Part shown: in pieces, positions 6,250 through 14,530 of the stretch
Layout of the letters: each line of letters begins with the position of its first letter
Position numbering within the stretch: position 1 is the stretch's first letter
The notes under the pieces: generated by a model
What the model was told of the DNA's origin: nothing
What the model saw: only the letters and a program-made list of their open reading frames with translations
The model's database searches: none
Virus record (IMG/VR): IMGVR_UViG_3300020202_000047
Span: 1-40,901 of that record
Direction: 5' to 3' (one strand)
Origin: a virus
DNA length: 40,901 bases
Made by a program: the position numbers and the translations under genes

Positions 6250-7719
6250 GTGGCGATTCGAGACCTGCTCCTCGACCGCTTCCGCGCCGAGGCTCAGGTC
6301 CGGCGTGAGGGGCCGCCGACGTTCGACCTGGAAGCCGCGCTGTCTCCGGCGCAGCGGATACGCGCGCTGTGCCCCGAGCGTTTCCAGGCGTGGCCGGCAG
6401 GTCGGCAGAGCGGGAAGACCGACGCAGCCGAGAAGTTGCTTCTGCAGGTCGCCAGCCTGCGCAAGAACCAGCTCGCTCTCTACGTCAACACCTCGAAGGA
6501 ACGCGCCATCGCGACGGTGTGGGACGAGCTGTGCCTCTTCGTCGACGACCTGCCGGGACTGAAAGAGTCGAAGGCGAAGCCGAACCACGGCAATCACACG
6601 ATCCGCTTCCCCCGCGGCGGCAAGCTGATGGTGACCGGCGTCGAGAACATGAAGATGGCTAACGTCATCCGCGGCCTCAAAAAGGTCGCGTTCTACTTCG
6701 TCGACGAGTGTCAGGACTGGAAGGACGACCTGCTGCGCTACTTCTACGAGAAGGTCATCTTCCCGTCGCTCGTAGCGGTGAGCGGCTCGGTCGTCTTCTC
6801 GGGCACCGGCGGCAACCCGCGCGGGTTCTGGTACGAGATTGCGACGCGGTCACCCGAGTTCGTCAGGCACGGCAAGTGGACGCCGTTCGACAACCCGTTT
6901 CTGCCCCCGGGCGAGGCGCAGCGGCTCATCGACAAGGCGATGCGGGACCGCGGGTGTGACATCAACGACCCGAGCATCCAGCGCGAGTTCTTCGCCGGGT
7001 TCGTCGCGGACCTCAACCGGCAAATTTTCCACTACGACGACGCGCGCAACGGATACGACGCCGCCGACCTGCCGCCCGACGATGGACGTTGGCAGTTCGC
7101 GATCGGGATGGACGTTGGGACGGTCGACTACACGGCGGTGCACGTCTGGGGCTGGCACCCGTCGAGCCCCCGGCTGTGGAAGCGGGCGAGCGTCAAGCGC
7201 AAAGACCTCGGCTCATCGGGCCAAGCCGCGCTCATCCGCGAAACGGTCGCCGAGTGGCGCACGCGCGGCACCATTATGGGCGTCGTCGGCGACCCGGGCG
7301 GCGGCGGCAAGCCGCTCATCGTCGACATGAAGGGCGCCTGGCCGGGCGTCGGGACGGGCAACATGGAGGTCGCCGAGAAGGCCGACAAGCCCGCCGCCTG
7401 CATGATGATGCGCGACGACCTGCGGAATGGAACGATCGCCATCGACCGCGCCGACAAGGACTTCATCGCCGACCTCCAGGTCCCCGAGTGGGAGCCCGAC
7501 GCCGTCCAGAAGGTAATCAGGAACCACTTCCCCGACACCGTCGACGCCGCGCTCTACGCCTATCGCCTCGCACGTCATCACTGGTACAAGGCGCCCGCGC
7601 CTGAGCCCGAGGATCACGAACTCGCCGAGCGCCGCCGCCGCATTCAGGGCCGCATCAAGGAGTCGGTCGCCCTGCGCAACCCGCTCGGTCGCCGGGACGC
7701 CCGCCGCCTGCTGCGCTGA
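6250..7719 (+). CDS. terL: Terminase large subunit.
   Basis: Walker A-like PAGRQSGKT and Walker B FYFVDECQDW. The C-terminal RNaseH-like nuclease region has GMDVGTVDYTAV and DTVDAALYAY acidic motifs. It sits immediately upstream of the portal, scaffold and capsid genes. Confidence 0.85.
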   Translation: MAIRDLLLDRFRAEAQVRREGPPTFDLEAALSPAQRIRALCPERFQAWPAGRQSGKTDAAEKLLLQVASLRKNQLALYVNTSKERAIATVWDELCLFVDDLPGLKESKAKPNHGNHTIRFPRGGKLMVTGVENMKMANVIRGLKKVAFYFVDECQDWKDDLLRYFYEKVIFPSLVAVSGSVVFSGTGGNPRGFWYEIATRSPEFVRHGKWTPFDNPFLPPGEAQRLIDKAMRDRGCDINDPSIQREFFAGFVADLNRQIFHYDDARNGYDAADLPPDDGRWQFAIGMDVGTVDYTAVHVWGWHPSSPRLWKRASVKRKDLGSSGQAALIRETVAEWRTRGTIMGVVGDPGGGGKPLIVDMKGAWPGVGTGNMEVAEKADKPAACMMMRDDLRNGTIAIDRADKDFIADLQVPEWEPDAVQKVIRNHFPDTVDAALYAYRLARHHWYKAPAPEPEDHELAERRRRIQGRIKESVALRNPLGRRDARRLLR

Positions 7720-7746
7720 GGTTTCTCCGCAAGCTGCGGAAAAACC
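7720..7746. repeat. 27-bp near-palindrome GGTTTCTCCGCAAGCTGCGGAAAAACC, copy 1 of 3. Candidate binding site for a dimeric DNA-binding protein.
   Basis: Identical to 39073..39099 and differs at 2 of 27 positions from 23212..23238. Arms are GGTTTCTCCGCA and TGCGGAAAAACC with one mismatch. It starts 1 nt after the terL stop. Confidence 0.85.
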
Positions 7747-7749
7747 CCC

Positions 7750-7767
7750 GGGGCCAAACCGCCCCTG
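7750..7767 (+). repeat. 18-mer GGGGCCAAACCGCCCCTG (small hairpin GGGGC/GCCCC), second copy.
   Basis: Identical to 5149..5166. Confidence 0.85.
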
Positions 7768-7871
7768 CTCGTAGGCGTGCTCGGAGCGGCGGCGCGCATG
7801 GTGCGCAGGGAGAGCCTGCGACGGGGTTCCTCCTTCCCCCTGTGAAACACGCGCCGCCGCGCACTGCCTCA

Positions 7872-7894
7872 GGGGCCATTCTGGCCATGGGTGC
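7872..7894 (+). promoter_or_regulatory. Start-proximal motif GGGGCCATTCTGGCCATGGGTGC (GGCCA-N3-TGGCC inverted repeat plus CATGGG), site A.
   Basis: It immediately precedes ATG 7895. Related copies are at 10467, 17529 and 24038. Confidence 0.6.
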
Positions 7895-8224
7895 ATGGAG
7901 ATCACCCGGGCGCACAAGGATGCCGCTCTCCTCAAGCTGCTCGGCTACGACCCGAGTACTCACGCCGTCCAGCCGGTAGTCCGCGGCGGCAGTTGGCGCG
8001 GGGTTCGCGTCGTCCACGTCTCAGGCACGGCGAAGCGCTTCGTGCCGGAAGCGCGCATGAACCAGCTTGGTCCGAAGTGGTCGAGGCTGGCAGTTCAGAT
8101 CGCCGAGGCATCGACCCGGCTCAAGGCCGACACGGCGAAGCGGGACCGTCGCCGTCGCATCGTCGGGGCTGTCACCGTTGCCGCAGCGACCGCAGCGGCG
8201 TGCGTGGGGGCAACGCTGCTGTGA
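7895..8224 (+). CDS. Hypothetical protein (109 aa) with a C-terminal hydrophobic segment.
   Basis: ATG follows motif site A. GC3 is moderate. C-terminal IVGAVTVAAATAAACVGATLL. Confidence 0.6.
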   Translation: MEITRAHKDAALLKLLGYDPSTHAVQPVVRGGSWRGVRVVHVSGTAKRFVPEARMNQLGPKWSRLAVQIAEASTRLKADTAKRDRRRRIVGAVTVAAATAAACVGATLL

Positions 8225-8460
8225 CCAACAAGCAGGTCCGTCGGCGGATTCGCATGTTGCGCGAAGAGGGCGCGACGCTCGCCGAGTTCCATCCCGATGG
8301 CAACCTGTCCCGGGTCGTCCTCGGGGCCGCGCCTCCCCCGCGACGGGAGGGGGACGACGCCATCACCCCGCTCGAGCGGCTGGCGGGCGACTCGCAGGCC
8401 GAAAAGAGCATCGACGATCGCCTCTTCGGCAAGCTGCCGGGCTTCCGGCGGGAGTCGTAA
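8221..8460 (+). CDS. Hypothetical protein (79 aa).
   Basis: The GTGA start overlaps the upstream stop. High GC3. Confidence 0.55.
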   Translation: MTNKQVRRRIRMLREEGATLAEFHPDGNLSRVVLGAAPPPRREGDDAITPLERLAGDSQAEKSIDDRLFGKLPGFRRES

Positions 8461-8463
8461 CCG

Positions 8464-10467
8464 ATGCTTGAGCGCGCCCAGACGCTGACGGACCGCATCG
8501 ACTGGAACCGGCTGGAGGACAGGACGACGTCCGACCGGCAGCTCATCGCGCAGTACATGGTCTCGGAGGCGCAGGGCATCCACCGAGGCCAGGACACGCG
8601 CCGGTCGATGAACCTACGCCACGCGCGCCTCTACTTCAACCGCGACCTGTCCAGCATCTACGAGGCCGGGACCGCTACCAGCATCTACGACGGCGGTGTC
8701 TATCTCACGCTCAACGTCACCCAGTCCTGCGCCGACACGCTGCTCGCCAAGATGAGCCGCGCCCGTCCGCGGGTGCAGTTCCTGACCGAAAAGGGTAACT
8801 ACTCGCTGCGCCGATCGGCCAAGCAGCTCACCCAGCTGCTCGACGGGGTCTTTCACCAGAACGACGTCTACAACGGGGACGCCCGTGAAGCCTTCCGGGA
8901 CTCGCTGCTCTTCGGCTCGGGCGTGGTGCACACGTACGTCACCGACGAGGGTGAGGCGTGCATCGATCGGGTGCTGCCCGACGAACTGCTCATCGACGAG
9001 ACGGCGGCGCTCTACGGCTTGAAGTCGCTGCGGGACCTCTACCGCCACCGGTACCAGCACAAGGACGCCGTCGCGGACAAGTGGCTGCCGCTCATCAAGG
9101 ACAAGGACGAGCGCAAGCACGCCGAGGAGACCATCCGCGGGGCGCTCGGCTCGCGGGGTCCGTCGGAGTACGGCAACTACATGCGCGGCCGGGACTGCAT
9201 GATCCCGGTGTACCAGGGCTGGCACCTCCCGAACGGCAAGGGCGAGGGCGGCCGGTACGTCGTCGCCGTCGAAGGGGCGCTCCTCTACTCGGCGCCGTGG
9301 AAGCGGCAGCGCTTCCCGTTCGACTGGTTCCACTGGAACCGCGCGGGTGTCGGTATCTGGGGGCGCTCGCTCGCCGAGCAGCTGGTCCCCATCCAGCTCA
9401 AGCTCAACGACCTGCTGGAGACGATCGACGCCGGCCAGCGCCTCAACTGCGTCCCGCGCATCTACGTGCAAGACGGGCTCGTCAACGAGGAGCTCATCTC
9501 GAATCTCATCGCCGGCATCATCCCGGTGAAGGGCAACCCGTCGACCATCGTCCAGGAGGTCACGGGCAAGGGCGCGAGCCCGGAAATGTATCAGGAGGTC
9601 GAGACCTGGTACAAGCGCGCCTACGAAATCACCGGTGTCTCGGCGCTGTCGGCAACGGCCGAGAAGCCCGAGGGCATTTCGAGCGCCGTCGCCCTGCGCG
9701 AACTGCTCGACCGCGAGGACATGCGGTTTTCCCCGGTGGGCCAGCAGTACGAGCGGTTCTTCGTCGACATCGGCGCCTCGGTCATCGACGCGATCGACGA
9801 GTTCCAGCAGGACGACAAGAAACGGAAGTTCGTCGTGCAGGTCCCGGGCGACAAGTTCGTCGAGAAGATCGACTGGGCGAGCGTCAACCTCAAGAAGACG
9901 CAGTACGTGATGAAGCCGTCGCCCACCTCGACGCTGCCGACCACCCCGGCGGGCAAGCGCGAGTACGCGATCGAGCTCTACCAGGCGGGCGGCATCACCC
10001 GGGCGCAGTTCCTCGAGATGCTCGAGCTACCCGACACGACCGCCAGCGTGTCGCTCCTGACGGCGGCGCTCGAGTGCGTGGAGCGCGACATCGAGAACAT
10101 CCTCGACCACGGCGTCTACCGCTCGCCGGAGCCCCTCGGCGACCCGCAGCTGACGTACGACTTCGCACTCATGGCGTACCTGCGCGCGCGCAACGAGGAC
10201 GTGCAGGAAGACCGCCTCGATGCCATGCGCCGCTACATCGACGAAGCCCGCGAAAACCTCGGCCAGAAGCAGGAGCAGCCTGCGCAAGCCGCGGCACAGC
10301 CGCCCCAGGCTCCGGTGATGCCAGGTGCGCCCGCTCCGATGCTGCCGCCGCAGCCGCCCGGCCCGCCCGGCGGGATGCCGGCTGACCCGATGGCGATGGA
10401 CCCGAGCGCCGCGCCTCCGGTGCTGGCTGCTCCTGCCGTCGAGCCGCCGATTCCCGTCGCCGCGTAG
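8464..10467 (+). CDS. Portal protein (assigned by position and size).
   Basis: A 667-aa ORF between terminase and scaffold/capsid. The C-terminal tail is Pro/Ala-rich. No specific motif was verified. Confidence 0.6.
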   Translation: MLERAQTLTDRIDWNRLEDRTTSDRQLIAQYMVSEAQGIHRGQDTRRSMNLRHARLYFNRDLSSIYEAGTATSIYDGGVYLTLNVTQSCADTLLAKMSRARPRVQFLTEKGNYSLRRSAKQLTQLLDGVFHQNDVYNGDAREAFRDSLLFGSGVVHTYVTDEGEACIDRVLPDELLIDETAALYGLKSLRDLYRHRYQHKDAVADKWLPLIKDKDERKHAEETIRGALGSRGPSEYGNYMRGRDCMIPVYQGWHLPNGKGEGGRYVVAVEGALLYSAPWKRQRFPFDWFHWNRAGVGIWGRSLAEQLVPIQLKLNDLLETIDAGQRLNCVPRIYVQDGLVNEELISNLIAGIIPVKGNPSTIVQEVTGKGASPEMYQEVETWYKRAYEITGVSALSATAEKPEGISSAVALRELLDREDMRFSPVGQQYERFFVDIGASVIDAIDEFQQDDKKRKFVVQVPGDKFVEKIDWASVNLKKTQYVMKPSPTSTLPTTPAGKREYAIELYQAGGITRAQFLEMLELPDTTASVSLLTAALECVERDIENILDHGVYRSPEPLGDPQLTYDFALMAYLRARNEDVQEDRLDAMRRYIDEARENLGQKQEQPAQAAAQPPQAPVMPGAPAPMLPPQPPGPPGGMPADPMAMDPSAAPPVLAAPAVEPPIPVAA

Positions 10468-10490
10468 GGGCCAATTTGTCCATGGGGTGA
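10467..10490 (+). promoter_or_regulatory. Start-proximal motif GGGGCCAATTTGTCCATGGGGTGA, site B.
   Basis: It overlaps the portal stop TAG and ends at ATG 10491. Confidence 0.6.
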
Positions 10491-11468
10491 ATGGACACCC
10501 CGACGGCAGAGCAGCCAGCCGACACCTCTTCCGCGGACGGCGCCCCGGCGCCGGTTTCAGCCGGAGCAACCGCGGACAAGATCCTCGAAGCCGCGGCGTC
10601 GTCCGGGGCAGAGGCGAAGCCGCAGCCTGAAAGGCCCGCCGAGCCGCCCAAGCAGAAGATCGCCCCCGAGGTCGCCGCGATCGCCAAGCGCGAGCGGGCC
10701 ATCACGACCCGCGAGCGCGAGGTCAGGGAGCAGGCTGCCGCTGCCGAAGCCCTCGCCGCCAAGTACAAGCCGCTCGCCGAAGCCATCGAGAAGCGCGACG
10801 TCCGCACCCTCATCAAGCTCACCGGGGCACCGTTGCCCGACGTCATCGAGGCGCTCTCACAGCTCGACGAAGAGCCCGCCCCGGCCGAGCCGACGCCCGC
10901 CGAGATAGCTCGCGCCGAGGCGCAGAAGCTGTTCGACGAGCAGAAGGCCGCCGAGAAGGCAGCGGCCGAGAAGGAATTCAACGAGCGATACGAACGCACA
11001 GTCACCGCCAAGACCGCGGAGATTCAACGGCTGGCAGCGTCGGATACGGACCGCTGGGAGCGGCTGTCCGTGGACGACACCGTCGAATGGGAGCAGGACG
11101 GAAAGCGCGAGCTCGTCCCGTTCCAGACCGCAGCGTGGCGGCTGATCGAGCAGTGGCACGCCGAGACCGGCCAGGTCCTCAAGCTCGAAGAGGCCCTGGA
11201 CGAGATCGAGGCGCTCCAACTCGCTCGGCACGAGCGTATCGCGAAGGGGAAGAAGCTGGGCGCTTCTGCCTCGAAGGACAAGAAGCCCACCGAAGCAGCC
11301 AGCGCGACGAAGGAACCGGCGAGAGCAGCGACGCCGACCATCAGCAACCGAGACGGTGGCCGCACCGTGGTCGATGACTCCGACGAGGACGAGTCGAACC
11401 ACATCGCGGGCCTGCCGGACTCTGCGCGCATCGAACGCGCCATGCGGAAGGCCGGAATAGCCGCCTAG
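10491..11468 (+). CDS. Scaffolding protein (assigned by position and composition).
   Basis: 325 aa, Ala/Glu/Lys-rich and predicted to be helical or coiled-coil. It lies directly upstream of the capsid gene. Confidence 0.55.
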   Translation: MDTPTAEQPADTSSADGAPAPVSAGATADKILEAAASSGAEAKPQPERPAEPPKQKIAPEVAAIAKRERAITTREREVREQAAAAEALAAKYKPLAEAIEKRDVRTLIKLTGAPLPDVIEALSQLDEEPAPAEPTPAEIARAEAQKLFDEQKAAEKAAAEKEFNERYERTVTAKTAEIQRLAASDTDRWERLSVDDTVEWEQDGKRELVPFQTAAWRLIEQWHAETGQVLKLEEALDEIEALQLARHERIAKGKKLGASASKDKKPTEAASATKEPARAATPTISNRDGGRTVVDDSDEDESNHIAGLPDSARIERAMRKAGIAA

Positions 11469-11511
11469 CCCGCGTGTGCCGCTCGCTGCGCGCGCCGAAA
11501 GGACGCGCGCC

Positions 11512-12774
11512 ATGCTTCAGAAGACCAATTTCGACGCATTCTTCAAGGAGTACTGGGTCCCCGAGCACACCGACGTGCTCGACTACGAGGACCACCCGTT
11601 CCTGAGCCAGATCCCGAAGGACGAAGAGGCGGGCGGGGAGTACCTCGTCGTCCCGATCGATCTCGACGACGGCCCGGACGGTGGCCCTGACTTCGACGAG
11701 TCGCAGGACATCGCCGCGAACAACGCTTCGCTCAAGCGTCAGTTCCAGTTCGATTGGGTCGAGGATTTCGAGATCTGCCGCATCAGCAACAAGGTGCTGC
11801 GCCTGTCGCGCAACGCCCCGAAGCTGGCGCTGCAGAAGGCCGCGCGCGAGCGCGACAAGTCTCGTCGCCGCCTCGCTCATCGCCTTCACCGGAACCTCTG
11901 GCGCACGGGCTACGGCGAGATCGGGACGATCTCCAGCTCGACGACGCTGACGACGAAGGTCATCAAGCTGACCGACCCGCTGGACGCGAGGAACTTCCGC
12001 ATCGGCCAGCGCCTCGTCTTCGCCGCCAGCATCACGGGCGCGCTGCGGGACTCGGCCGACTACGTGACGGTCACCAAGGTCGACGCGGACGCCGGTGAGA
12101 TCACGACCGACGCGCCGACGGACCTCGCGACCAGCATCACGGGTATCGCGACGGGCGACACCATCTTCCTGCGGAAGCACCGCGGGACTGGCGCTTCCCC
12201 GACGATCCTGAACATCCAGGGCGTTCCGTCCTGGGTGCCCGACACGACGCCGACCGCGGGTGACGCCTTCGGTCTTACCTCGGTCGACCGCTCGGTCTGG
12301 CCGGACCGTCTCGCCGGGTCCCGCTACCCGGCGGCGACGACCGCGTCGGGCGCTCGCTCCGAGGTGTTCCTTCGCGCGATGGCCCACTCGGCCAAGCTCG
12401 AGAAGCACTTCACCCACGTCTACGCCAACCCGGACATTTACGGCGACCTGCTCATCGAGCTCGAGGGCCGCTACCAGACCGTGAAGGAGAAGGGCGCGGG
12501 CCGCATCGGCTTCACGGCCATCGAGATCCCGGTCGGCTTCGGCTCGGGCGCGGTCCGCATCATGAGCGAGCCGGGCATCAAGGCCAAGCGCGCGTACTGC
12601 CTCCGGCTCAAGAGCTGGAAGCTGCACTCGGCGGGTCCGATGATCCAGAACGATCTCCAGCACGGGACGGGGATCGACATGTCGGCGGCGTCGGCTGTCG
12701 AGTACCGCGACGTCTTCACCGGCGCGGTCTCGTGCAACGACACCAAGGACAACATGGTCATCAAGTTCACCTGA
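11512..12774 (+). CDS. Major capsid protein (assigned by position and size).
   Basis: A 420-aa ORF after the scaffold gene. SD-like GAAAGGA lies in the loop of a GCGCGCG/CGCGCGC stem just upstream. A very stable hairpin follows the gene. Confidence 0.6.
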   Translation: MLQKTNFDAFFKEYWVPEHTDVLDYEDHPFLSQIPKDEEAGGEYLVVPIDLDDGPDGGPDFDESQDIAANNASLKRQFQFDWVEDFEICRISNKVLRLSRNAPKLALQKAARERDKSRRRLAHRLHRNLWRTGYGEIGTISSSTTLTTKVIKLTDPLDARNFRIGQRLVFAASITGALRDSADYVTVTKVDADAGEITTDAPTDLATSITGIATGDTIFLRKHRGTGASPTILNIQGVPSWVPDTTPTAGDAFGLTSVDRSVWPDRLAGSRYPAATTASGARSEVFLRAMAHSAKLEKHFTHVYANPDIYGDLLIELEGRYQTVKEKGAGRIGFTAIEIPVGFGSGAVRIMSEPGIKAKRAYCLRLKSWKLHSAGPMIQNDLQHGTGIDMSAASAVEYRDVFTGAVSCNDTKDNMVIKFT

Positions 12775-12787
12775 TGACCGCTGGGAT

Positions 12788-12813
12788 CCGGGGGTCGGGT
12801 GACCGACCCCCGG
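12788..12813 (+). terminator. Strong stem-loop downstream of the capsid gene (11-bp perfect stem, GTGA loop). Possible terminator, attenuator or mRNA stabiliser.
   Basis: CCGGGGGTCGG-GTGA-CCGACCCCCGG, read directly. No U-tract follows, only GTTCC. Confidence 0.45.
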
Positions 12814-12841
12814 GTTCCGCTGTCCACGAAAGGACGCCATC

Positions 12842-13279
12842 ATGAACAGGGTTTTCCGCAGCGACATGTCGACGCTGGTCCCGGGTCTTCGGATCCTCAG
12901 CGCGAACTTCACCACGACCACGTCGGGCGCCATCAGCGGCACGACGGCGACCGGGTTCGGGATGACCGTCGTCAAGACGGCGTCGAAGACCGGCCGCTAC
13001 ACTTGCCAACTGGTGAACCAGGACGGCTCGGCCGCCGACGCGCTCGCCTTCATCGGGGCGATCGTCAACGTGGTCGGACCCGACGACGCCGCGCTCACCA
13101 CCACGAAAGGCCTCGTCGCTGTCGTCCGCGACATCGACATCGGCGCGGGAGCGCAGGACGGGACGGTCGAGATCCAGTTCGTGCAGACGAACGCGGGCAA
13201 CGCCGACACCGAGGTCCAGGACGGCGCGTCCGTCTACATCACGCTTCTGCTCCGCGACCGCGACGGCGTGACGGGGTAA
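12842..13279 (+). CDS. Hypothetical virion-module protein (145 aa). Possible capsid decoration or accessory protein.
   Basis: SD GAAAGGA lies upstream of the ATG. High GC3. The composition is beta-rich. Function is inferred from position only. Confidence 0.6.
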   Translation: MNRVFRSDMSTLVPGLRILSANFTTTTSGAISGTTATGFGMTVVKTASKTGRYTCQLVNQDGSAADALAFIGAIVNVVGPDDAALTTTKGLVAVVRDIDIGAGAQDGTVEIQFVQTNAGNADTEVQDGASVYITLLLRDRDGVTG

Positions 13280-13283
13280 GCCG

Positions 13284-13535
13284 ATGAAGGGCGGATTGGC
13301 AGCGATCATCCTCGAGATGAAGAAGAAGCGCGGGATGGAGGGCAAGCCTTCCAAACCCGCGCCGGCCGAGGCCGCCGAGCCCGAGGAAGGCGAAGTGGTC
13401 GAGGACGAGGCCACCGAGGGCGCCGACGAAGAGGCGGCCATGGGCGAGTTCATGGACGCTGTCGACGCGGGCGACAAGGGCGCGGCGCTCGAAGCGTTCA
13501 AGGCGCTCGTCTCGGCCTGCCAGCCGAAGGAGTGA
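13284..13535 (+). CDS. Hypothetical acidic protein (83 aa).
   Basis: High GC3. The centre is Glu/Ala-rich. Confidence 0.6.
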   Translation: MKGGLAAIILEMKKKRGMEGKPSKPAPAEAAEPEEGEVVEDEATEGADEEAAMGEFMDAVDAGDKGAALEAFKALVSACQPKE

Positions 13536-13536
13536 C

Positions 13537-14223
13537 GTGCCGGCGACGCTGGCCCAGCTGAAGACCCGATCGTACCGACGGGCCGACAAGGAGAGCGATC
13601 CCCATGTCGGCCCGTCGGAGGCGACCGACCTCATCAACGAAGGGTACGCCGAGCTGTGGGACCTGCTCCTGCAGGCGAACGAGCACTACTTCGACGACGA
13701 GGCGACCTTCACCATCGCGAGCGGCGCTTCCACCGCGGCGCTGGGGACCATCGTCCCGTCGGCAACGGTGCAGAAGGTCGTCACCGTCCAGCGGCTCGGC
13801 AACGGCACGACGACCTACGGTCCCGTGCTGCCGCAGCTCATGGCGGGCGAGCGGGGGCTCGTCGACGAGCTGTCATGGGAGGTCGTCGGCGCCAACATCC
13901 GGTTCGAGCCCGTCGAGCAGGCACCCGGGTCCTACAAGATGGCCTACGTCCCGGCGTTGACAGCGCTCGTTGTCGACAACGACCAGATCCACTCGCGCAT
14001 CATGCCCGGGTGGGAGGAGTTCATCGTCTGCCACGCAGCGGCGATGATGCTCGGCAAGGAAGAGTCCTCGACGAAGGACGTCCTGGCCCGCAAGGACGCG
14101 CTGGCCTCGCGCATCGCCACCGCGGCGAACGGCCGCTCGACCTCGACCCCGAAGCGGGTGGCCGACGTTCGCGGCGCGCGCAAGTTCCGCTTCATGAGCC
14201 GAAGCGGCTACCCGGTGGAGTAG
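13537..14223 (+). CDS. Virion structural protein. Possible head-tail adaptor (by position only).
   Basis: 228-aa ORF with GTG start 1 nt after the upstream stop. Located in the head-completion region. Confidence 0.55.
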   Translation: MPATLAQLKTRSYRRADKESDPHVGPSEATDLINEGYAELWDLLLQANEHYFDDEATFTIASGASTAALGTIVPSATVQKVVTVQRLGNGTTTYGPVLPQLMAGERGLVDELSWEVVGANIRFEPVEQAPGSYKMAYVPALTALVVDNDQIHSRIMPGWEEFIVCHAAAMMLGKEESSTKDVLARKDALASRIATAANGRSTSTPKRVADVRGARKFRFMSRSGYPVE

Positions 14224-14227
14224 CCCG

Positions 14228-14530
14228 ATGGCCCTGCCGGGACTGCCGAAGACGGGCAACGACGCGATCGACCGGGCGCTCGCGCAGATCGAGCGCGCCA
14301 TGGCCGTGCTCGATGACGCCAATATCTGGCGCAACGCCACGGTGCTGAAAGACGTGGTGCTGACGACGACGGCCAAGGACGTCGCCCATGGTCTCAATCG
14401 AGTCCCGCAGCGCTGGGCGGTCATCGACCGCAACGCGAATGCGGTCGTCTACCGCAGCGGCAAGGCAACGGCCGAATCCATCCCGCTCAAGGCATCCGCC
14501 ACCGTCACCGTGACGCTGGTGATTCGATGA
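14228..14530 (+). CDS. Hypothetical virion-module protein (100 aa).
   Basis: High GC3. It overlaps the downstream gene by 4 nt (ATGA). Confidence 0.6.
   Translation: MALPGLPKTGNDAIDRALAQIERAMAVLDDANIWRNATVLKDVVLTTTAKDVAHGLNRVPQRWAVIDRNANAVVYRSGKATAESIPLKASATVTVTLVIR

Noticed and set aside
7720-7746. The 27-bp palindromes as rho-independent terminators.
   Set aside because: The T-run precedes the stem on both strands rather than following it. One copy lies inside the ParB-like CDS, where termination would truncate the gene.
11341-12975. Very long antisense or alternative-frame ORFs in the track, for example 11341..12975 (-), 15634..17223 (-), 17904..19136 (-), 8614..9471 (-), 8958..10385 (+), 14844..16154 (+) and 17774..19270 (+).
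   Set aside because: They are Arg/Ala/Gly/Pro-rich shadow frames of well-supported genes in a high-GC genome, where stop codons are rare off-frame. They lack the third-position GC bias, start context and motifs of the overlapping + strand genes.
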